DNA of 64,000 bases from Elusimicrobiota bacterium (GTDB lineage: Bacteria; Elusimicrobiota; Elusimicrobia; FEN-1173), in assembly GCA_041917295.1 (NCBI GenBank), contig JAYRXX010000006.1:16876-80875 (forward strand), written 5' to 3'. Each line of letters begins with the position of its first letter. The first letter of the stretch is position 1. Shown piece after piece: positions 57,013-64,000 of this stretch. The translations under genes were made by a program, and so were the position numbers. A model generated the notes under the pieces. That model searched no databases and had not been told where the DNA came from. It saw only the letters and a list, made by a program, of their open reading frames with translations.

Positions 57013-60000
57013 TTAGGCATCCGATCCGATCCGTTTCATGGCTTTCAGGTGATTGTGGATCTCTTCAATCGGCAAGCGCAGGCCCAGGGTGAGCACGTCT
57101 TTGCCCAGTTTTTCCCACGTGGCTTTGTCTTGCAACACCGTCGTGTCCGCCGGGGTCGCGCCGATCATCTCCGGGATCAACGACGTCAACACATTGAACC
57201 GAATCACCCCGCCTTTCACCGCCCCGCGGCGATCCAACAGATCTTTCTCACCGAACACAATGGACCCATTGGCCGCGCCTTTGGCCAACGCCCCGCGAAC
57301 CTTTAGCATATCGTCTACCGACAAACCGTTGTTCACCACCAGAATCTTCAATGTTGATAACTGAGCGTCGTCCAACCGGGACGCCGCAAGAGCCCTCAGT
57401 TTCTGGACCGCATCCTCGTCCACCCGACCAGTGGAGATCAGGTCCGTCGCCGCCACCAGCACCAGCGACGTCTGCGACTGTCGAATCGCTTCATTCATCA
57501 GCGCCTTTTCCATTCGGCCCTGGTAGAGCTGGCCCATCCAGTATTCGCTGTTCGTCAACCGCGCATACCGTTCCCCCATCACCGTCACAATCGAATAGCT
57601 CAACCACGCCCGCCGCGCCATCGCCGGCGTCAGTTCCTCAATTTCTCGCAACAGCCCCAACAAGCTCAGATCCGCCAATTCGTTCGGCATCGAAGAACTG
57701 ATTCGGTATTGAACCACCATCTCAGACGCACCGCCCGTCACTCCGTACCGAGCCAAAGTGGGGATATGTCCCACTTCGTGCACCAACCGGGCCATCACAT
57801 CTCCCGCTTCCCCGTTGCGCACGTGGACCACATACCCCTCTTCGTTCGCCACCACAAACGCGTTCGTGTGCGACTCCGTGTTCCTGTGCCCCTCGGCCGC
57901 CAAAATCCGCTCAAAACTTACAGAATTTTCATGCAACACCACCCTCACCGGCGGCATACCCAAGGGAGACATTTTCAATTTCTTTTCTGATTCCAGCATC
58001 TTTTTCAACATCCCTTCCGCCGCCTCTTGCGCCTGAGCCTGTGTTAACCGCGCCCCAACAGCACCGGTCACTCCCAGAAGGCGATACACCCGTTCCGGCA
58101 ACACACCCGTCTCTTTCTCCAGCTCAGCAATCCGTTTCTCCAGGCTCGCCAACAATTCTCCTTCACGCGTCGGCACACCCATCTGCTCAAGATACCGCGC
58201 CAGCCGCGCCTCCGCCAGAATCTCCATTAACATCGGGTCCATCGCCTGTAGTTCCGGCGCCAACTGATGCATAAACTCCACCGTTCGTTGACGCAGTTGC
58301 CCCTCCCAACTCAACCGGCTTGCGCGCCCACTTCGAACCGCCCGGTTTGCCGCCTCTATCATTTCGTTCATCTGCTTCACGGTCAACCCCAACGTCTTCC
58401 AGTCCGCGTCCTCCGGCAACACAGCCGACAACGCCAACGCGTTGGCCACCGACGTGTTCAAGATCGGGTTCCCTTCCGCTTCCATCCCAAGGAACCCTTC
58501 CATGTCACGTCCTTGTTCAACCGCCTCCCGCACAATTTCCCCCACCGTCCTCGTCGCGATCAGTTTCAACCCATCCCGCGTCACCTGCGCTTCTTGAACT
58601 AACCCGTTGGGCATGACTCGAAACGCCACAACCCTCTTCCCCGACGCGTCCGAAATAAGCTGGAATTCAGGATCCCCCATCGCTCCAGGAACACGCTGTT
58701 GTCTATTAATGAACTGGATAAACGCCGCCATGTCCGCAACCGAACTATTCACTCGGTTTCCATCCAATTCCAAGTTCTCATGAATGTGCAACGTCGGGCC
58801 GGTAACAGCAGGAACCTGAACACCCCCGCTGACCGTCACCTGCCCAGCCACAACCGCAGGCTGACCATTCTCTCCAAACACCGCCACCTGGTTCGATCCC
58901 AATTGGCTCGCGAATCCTGGGTTCGCCGCAATCCACGCCGCGGCCGCCACTGCCCGCGCTGCCGCACGACCGGGCACTCTTGAACCCAATGTCGTTATCC
59001 CCGATTGTTCACCGATTTCCTTATTTAATACCACAGCACGAACCAACTCTTGCCCAACCATTTTGCCTGTTTCCACAAACCATCCTTTCGGCAAACTCCC
59101 CATGTTATAAACCATGTGGGCCACAGTCGTCACGATTGTCCCCACCACAGGCCCCGCCACCACGGAGGAAGCCAAAATCAATCCAACTCCAGCCCCAAAC
59201 AACCCAAACCGCTTGCCGAACTCTTGCGCGTCTTGAACCAATGCCCCCCGATCGAAAACGGCCGACCACCCGCCTCGACCTCGATCCGGGTTCAATTGCC
59301 CGTATCGCCCATGCCATTCCGCGAAAGTATGGGCCAGAGCAAAACCCAATCCCACCAAAACCCCCACCTCCCCCAACCCGGCCAAACTCGACAGGTCACC
59401 TGCAAACACCATTTCCTTTGCTCCCCACAACCACGTTTCCAAGAACATCAGCCCTTCAACGATCGGGCTCACAACCGCAACAACCCCCAAATATCCCAAC
59501 CGTTGCCCAAGGGAACCCTCTTTCCAATCCCGCAAATAAGCTTCAAACACAGACGCGACCGATCTCGCTCCGCTCGCCGTCGCACCCGCGTTTCGCTCGC
59601 TGGCTTCGGGACCCTTGGGTTCATCTGGTGATCTAGGATTTGATACTTCTCCTGTCCCGGAGTTCGGTGGAGCCTCCCCCTTTGCCAGCCTCTGAATCAT
59701 ATTCCAAATAGAATTGGTAGCTCCTGGTCCTTCCTGACGCAACAGATTATCAATCTCTTTAGGATAACCGGCATTATCGGTCAAATCAAACATGCTCCCA
59801 GTCAGCCTATATGGCGGATCCCCAAAGACACCGCCCCTCTTCTGGTAATTAAATGGAACTTGGTCATTATTGCCAAAAGAAACATTGATCCCCGGCCTTT
59901 TTTCTCCCTGGGTCAGGCCTGCGCCGGAGAAACTCCACCCATCACCAGCTCGATCGTGCCATCCCCATCCCTCTTCCGGCCTTTCCGTTCCTCCACTCAA

Positions 60001-63000
60001 CTCCACTTCCCGAACCGGTAGATTAACCCTTTCAATCGTCGGTACGGACAAGACGGCTTCCACTCCTCCATCAGGCTCTTGCCAATTCCTTGATTCAGCT
60101 TCTCCTTGTTGGGCAATTTCTTTCGCGTTTGCTTTTTCTCTTTGCGCTGATAACGCCTCATTTCGCTCCGCGGGTATCGACTTCGCGAAAGCCAACATGG
60201 AATCCAGCTCTCGAACTTTCGCTTGAAGAGTTGCCTTTGTTTCCTTCAATTTATCGATTGCGGCTTTGGCTTCCCTTAATTCGTAAACTGGCTGTCCAGG
60301 CGTATCCAATTGAGCAGTCCCTGATGGCATCGCTCGAATCTGCTCTTCCAATTTGCTCACATAAGTTTCATTTTGATTAATCCCAACATCAATTCGGGAA
60401 ATACGTTCCCCAAGACCTTTGATGCCTACTTGTAATTTGGCCTTATAGGCCCGAAGCTCACTGGGGTTCATTTTTGACACCCGGTCTACCTGATCGAGTT
60501 TAGCCACCGCACTCAACTGGTTAAGGGCATTTCCATATTTTTGATTTAAATTGTCCACACCATTACCGGGACCATCAGCCGATTGAGCGCTGGACAGTGA
60601 AGCCAACTCTTTTTGACCCATAGCTTTTATTCTTGATCCCGCCAAAGATTCAACTTGGGCTCGATGAGCAAAGGAACCCTGAGTTTGAGCCGACTCCCCT
60701 CGCCAAAGCGTTTCGGCCAATGCATTCGCCTCGCTTTGAACATTTCCATCCATCGGAAGGGCATTCAAAATTACGGATCTGACCCCATCCGCACCGAGAA
60801 ATTCCCCATACTCCAACACGCTGGCCCCATAAAATGTCAGGAACTCTTCTAGGCTGGCACTCGCCAATGGCGTCGTTCGTTCATTCATCTCCCGGATCAA
60901 CTCAAACTGAGCTCGCACTACTTCGGGCTGTTGCAAAACCTGGGTGACGTTCATCTGCCCCTTCTCGGTCTCGGTCGAATCGTCATACAAGATCTTTGCC
61001 TCTCTCGTATCGGTCACGCCCCGCGCGGTGGCCGCAAGTTCCATAACCGTTTCCCAACTGACGCCCGTGGACGCACTTACCTCATTGAGGTCAGCGAGAG
61101 TCCAATCGCCCTTCGCCTCCAACTTAGTCCATTCGCTAGCGGCTTTCCGGTCAGAATCCCAACTCTTGCTTTGAACCATCGCACGAGCTTGACCCACAAC
61201 CGCCGTCACCACAGGAGCGACAATCATTCCCGCCACACTCCCAATCGCCATAAAACCCGACACAGCATATGTCGCAATAGCCCCAACAGCGGGTCCGCCA
61301 TAACTCATCATAAATCCTTTGTCCGAAAACACAGCCCCCCATCCTTCCGTCCTCTTTTTCTGAGCCATATTCCTAAAAATGTCCACCGGGGATTTGGCTC
61401 CTGGGGCAAACGCGTTAAAGGCGCCCGCTAAGGCCATAACCGGGATCGCCATTGCGGATCCGCTTAGTAACAACACCCCTCCTAAAACCGTTCCAGCCAT
61501 GCCCGCCCCCTGGAACCACTTGCCGTAAATGCCGTTTGTTATTTCGTCCACCTTGGCGGAAAAAGCTTTGGGATCATTCCCCTGCAAGGAAACAAGCGTT
61601 TGGAGGTCACGCATCTTGGCCCCTCCAACGAACCGCGACGATTGACTACCCAAGTTTTCCGTCAATCGGGTTACCAGATCCCGCGCAGGGGAGAATGAAC
61701 TCGCTTCCAGGACTTGACCCTGGACATTCACACGGTCGGAGGCGACAATGTTTGGTAACTCATCGCTAAGTGGTATCCCTTGATCTGTCACTATTTGGGC
61801 CGCGACGTCTGCTAATACGTGGGCCGCTTGTTGAGCGACGTTTGACAGCCCACCGGTTTTTCCGCTCGAATTAGGGACATTACTGGCGACCTGGGCAACA
61901 GACCTCACGCCTTCGACCAAGGGCGTAACCTGCCGGGCCAATGTTTCGGTCATCGTCATTGGGCCAGAATAGGCCTCCGGATGCGCGTCCAAATCCGCCG
62001 CTTCAGAGAAAGCACCTTCCAACCCTCGATTAACGACTCCCGCGTCCAAACGGTCAGCCATCCGACCCAACATCTCACCCAACCCCATTTGGTCACTGGA
62101 TCGATCTTTTTGAGCAATCCCTTGGCTAATCTGAACGAGCCACGGGCTTGCTGAAATCATCCCTCCAAACAAGGAAGAGGACAGATCCGCCCATCGGTAC
62201 CGGGCTTCCTTTGCAAATCCTTCCAGGGCATGCACGAATCCAGTCGCCCCTTGGGATTTCTGGGCCGAAGAAGGAACGGAGGTCACCGCAGAGGCGAGAT
62301 GGGTAATAACGCGCGCTTCTAAGGCCGTTTGGGCTCGAACGTCCAAATCCATATCCTTAAACCCTGTCAGCAGGTCCGCCATGTTCCCAAGGACGCCCCA
62401 GTTGGCGGCGTTGTCCGCATTAGGACTTGCGTCCCATCGGGGGGTCCAGCCGGTCAGAGCGCCAACCATCTGATGAACCTGGTCCATATTCCCTTCGGCT
62501 CCCAAAGCCGAGAACGCCTCTCGGGCGAACAGGGCCACCTCAGCTCCAAACCCGTTGGCCACCAGGTTTTCCGATTGGCGTCCAATGGATTCAACCATGG
62601 ACTCGCCCTCAAAGAAGTTCACACTCGAATCCCTCATTAATCTCGCCGCGGTCCACAACGTATCCGCCACGGCACCGATATCGCCATCCATCCCGTCGCT
62701 CAGCTGGTTGGCAAGATCAAACAAAGCGTTTTCCACCCATGGGATATTCAACATCGGTGCGTTATTTATGTTCACCTGCGCCATGACCTGATTGACAATG
62801 GCCACATTCACCATTTTCTCGGCATTGTTTCCGGCTCGCGCTTGCAACTGCGATGAGGCACCAGAATATTTTGTCACAGTTACAAATTCCCCTCGCCCAA
62901 TCGCTCCCGACACAAATCGTTCTGCCGCTTCCATGAATCCCAAATTGCTGTCTTTAGTCGTAAACCGATCCGTTCCAGATGCCGCACTTAGGCGGGACTT

Positions 63001-64000
63001 ACCCATCCGATCACCCATTTCTTGAAGCACTTCGGACGCCTCATGGGGCAGAAATGCTGCCATCAACTCAATGGGTTTTTCTTGGAACGCCTCTTCTTTT
63101 ATGAACGCTTCCCATCGGCCCACATGTCCTTTGGCCCACATTCCGCCAAGGAAATGATCGAATTGGTTGATATACTTCACAAAAGACCCAAGTATCGGCA
63201 CATTCTGGATCAGTGGAGCCACAACAGGCCGGAACAACCCAACCATTCCACCAAACAGCCACATTTGAGGATCAGCGGCCGTTTGTTTAATTGTCGCCGC
63301 GAATCCCGCGAAGGCCGATTCAAAGCCTTCCTTAAACGCCGGTATATTGACCAACCCGCCAAACAAGACAATATCCTGGGCATCCTCGCCATACACGGCG
63401 GTATTAATTGCCCCACCTAATCCATAAGCCACCGCGTTGAATTTTGTGACATCCCGCACCGTTCTCTCCATCCCAGAAATTCCCGTGACTAACCCTCGCC
63501 CGATATCTCGACCCAACTGCATCGCCACATACCCAGGCCCTTTCACAGATAGATTTGTCATCAAACGACCAATGTTACCCCCAATCTCACGAAGGCCCGT
63601 CACTTCAAGAACACCAACTCCAACCTGTTTTGCCGCCGTTATAATCCCACTTGTTTTGTAGCTTGTAGAGACGGCCGAAAATTGGGATCGAACCACACCC
63701 ACCCTATCCAATACGGTTTCTTTTGAGAATAACACCTTTCCCCCACCAGCCCCGGGGGCCATCCCCGCAGCCAAGAAAGGCGCGAATATTAATACCACAC
63801 GAACGGCATCCAACATCCCGGGATCGATGGTAACACCCATCTTCGATAACGCCCAGGGAGCCAGCCCTTCAACCTGAGCCCAATCTGGGCCAATTCCTGG
63901 ATTTCCAACAATCAATGCATTAATTATTACCTTAGGCAATGTAAACAGCCCCATTACTTTGCTGGCTCCTTCAAGCCCTGCCTTCGACGTTTGGAAAATG
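57013..64000 (-). CDS. Giant C: 5'-truncated giant membrane protein (more than 2300 aa visible) with Gly-rich hydrophobic segments, coiled coil, CPBP-like bundle and HExxH motif
   Basis: Frame stays open to the window edge (...IFQTSKAGLEGASKV-MGLF); HEVGH at 57766-57780; stop 21 nt from the convergent stop of giant B. Confidence 0.85.
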   Translation of the reverse strand, partial: IFQTSKAGLEGASKVMGLFTLPKVIINALIVGNPGIGPDWAQVEGLAPWALSKMGVTIDPGMLDAVRVVLIFAPFLAAGMAPGAGGGKVLFSKETVLDRVGVVRSQFSAVSTSYKTSGIITAAKQVGVGVLEVTGLREIGGNIGRLMTNLSVKGPGYVAMQLGRDIGRGLVTGISGMERTVRDVTKFNAVAYGLGGAINTAVYGEDAQDIVLFGGLVNIPAFKEGFESAFAGFAATIKQTAADPQMWLFGGMVGLFRPVVAPLIQNVPILGSFVKYINQFDHFLGGMWAKGHVGRWEAFIKEEAFQEKPIELMAAFLPHEASEVLQEMGDRMGKSRLSAASGTDRFTTKDSNLGFMEAAERFVSGAIGRGEFVTVTKYSGASSQLQARAGNNAEKMVNVAIVNQVMAQVNINNAPMLNIPWVENALFDLANQLSDGMDGDIGAVADTLWTAARLMRDSSVNFFEGESMVESIGRQSENLVANGFGAEVALFAREAFSALGAEGNMDQVHQMVGALTGWTPRWDASPNADNAANWGVLGNMADLLTGFKDMDLDVRAQTALEARVITHLASAVTSVPSSAQKSQGATGFVHALEGFAKEARYRWADLSSSLFGGMISASPWLVQISQGIAQKDRSSDQMGLGEMLGRMADRLDAGVVNRGLEGAFSEAADLDAHPEAYSGPMTMTETLARQVTPLVEGVRSVAQVASNVPNSSGKTGGLSNVAQQAAHVLADVAAQIVTDQGIPLSDELPNIVASDRVNVQGQVLEASSFSPARDLVTRLTENLGSQSSRFVGGAKMRDLQTLVSLQGNDPKAFSAKVDEITNGIYGKWFQGAGMAGTVLGGVLLLSGSAMAIPVMALAGAFNAFAPGAKSPVDIFRNMAQKKRTEGWGAVFSDKGFMMSYGGPAVGAIATYAVSGFMAIGSVAGMIVAPVVTAVVGQARAMVQSKSWDSDRKAASEWTKLEAKGDWTLADLNEVSASTGVSWETVMELAATARGVTDTREAKILYDDSTETEKGQMNVTQVLQQPEVVRAQFELIREMNERTTPLASASLEEFLTFYGASVLEYGEFLGADGVRSVILNALPMDGNVQSEANALAETLWRGESAQTQGSFAHRAQVESLAGSRIKAMGQKELASLSSAQSADGPGNGVDNLNQKYGNALNQLSAVAKLDQVDRVSKMNPSELRAYKAKLQVGIKGLGERISRIDVGINQNETYVSKLEEQIRAMPSGTAQLDTPGQPVYELREAKAAIDKLKETKATLQAKVRELDSMLAFAKSIPAERNEALSAQREKANAKEIAQQGEAESRNWQEPDGGVEAVLSVPTIERVNLPVREVELSGGTERPEEGWGWHDRAGDGWSFSGAGLTQGEKRPGINVSFGNNDQVPFNYQKRGGVFGDPPYRLTGSMFDLTDNAGYPKEIDNLLRQEGPGATNSIWNMIQRLAKGEAPPNSGTGEVSNPRSPDEPKGPEASERNAGATASGARSVASVFEAYLRDWKEGSLGQRLGYLGVVAVVSPIVEGLMFLETWLWGAKEMVFAGDLSSLAGLGEVGVLVGLGFALAHTFAEWHGRYGQLNPDRGRGGWSAVFDRGALVQDAQEFGKRFGLFGAGVGLILASSVVAGPVVGTIVTTVAHMVYNMGSLPKGWFVETGKMVGQELVRAVVLNKEIGEQSGITTLGSRVPGRAAARAVAAAAWIAANPGFASQLGSNQVAVFGENGQPAVVAGQVTVSGGVQVPAVTGPTLHIHENLELDGNRVNSSVADMAAFIQFINRQQRVPGAMGDPEFQLISDASGKRVVAFRVMPNGLVQEAQVTRDGLKLIATRTVGEIVREAVEQGRDMEGFLGMEAEGNPILNTSVANALALSAVLPEDADWKTLGLTVKQMNEMIEAANRAVRSGRASRLSWEGQLRQRTVEFMHQLAPELQAMDPMLMEILAEARLARYLEQMGVPTREGELLASLEKRIAELEKETGVLPERVYRLLGVTGAVGARLTQAQAQEAAEGMLKKMLESEKKLKMSPLGMPPVRVVLHENSVSFERILAAEGHRNTESHTNAFVVANEEGYVVHVRNGEAGDVMARLVHEVGHIPTLARYGVTGGASEMVVQYRISSSMPNELADLSLLGLLREIEELTPAMARRAWLSYSIVTVMGERYARLTNSEYWMGQLYQGRMEKALMNEAIRQSQTSLVLVAATDLISTGRVDEDAVQKLRALAASRLDDAQLSTLKILVVNNGLSVDDMLKVRGALAKGAANGSIVFGEKDLLDRRGAVKGGVIRFNVLTSLIPEMIGATPADTTVLQDKATWEKLGKDVLTLGLRLPIEEIHNHLKAMKRIGSDA

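Overview
A 64-kb bacterial chromosome segment with high GC in its core genes. Gene style and content suggest an Elusimicrobiota-like lineage; this is an inference and was not checked against databases. The backbone runs on the minus strand: rpsB-tsf-pyrH-frr-uppS-cdsA-dxr-(Ca2+ P-type ATPase)-rseP-proS; an 11-subunit complex I lacking nuoEFG, flanked by ubiE/menG, a polyprenyl synthase, tatA and an archaeal-type 7Fe ferredoxin; a Bd0055-like bacterial histone; and a sulfur-relay/cysteine cluster (moeZ, an embedded Y1/HUH transposase-like gene, cysM-like, an in-frame Mec(JAB)-sulfite reductase fusion, moeB, moaE, dsrE-like) mixed with folE, gph, bcp and nadA. A plus-strand two-component system follows. 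The most unusual content is three giant modular genes: giant A (1879 aa), giant B (about 3158 aa) and giant C (more than 2300 aa, truncated by the window edge). Giant B has a signal peptide and membrane segments and carries two tandem Lon AAA+/protease modules, one catalytically intact and one with both dyad residues substituted, each preceded by a degenerate ClpA/B-NBD1-like domain. The giants share parts pairwise: a TIKI/TraB-like N-terminal module (A, B), CPBP-like intramembrane motifs and HExxH motifs (A, C), a C-terminal tail (A, C), and a conserved upstream DNA element TTTACW-N5-GTTACA-N4-CTTAAGG (A, B). Together they suggest a co-regulated family of exported, protease-bearing giant proteins. 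No tRNA, rRNA or CRISPR array was found. All family assignments come from motifs read by eye.
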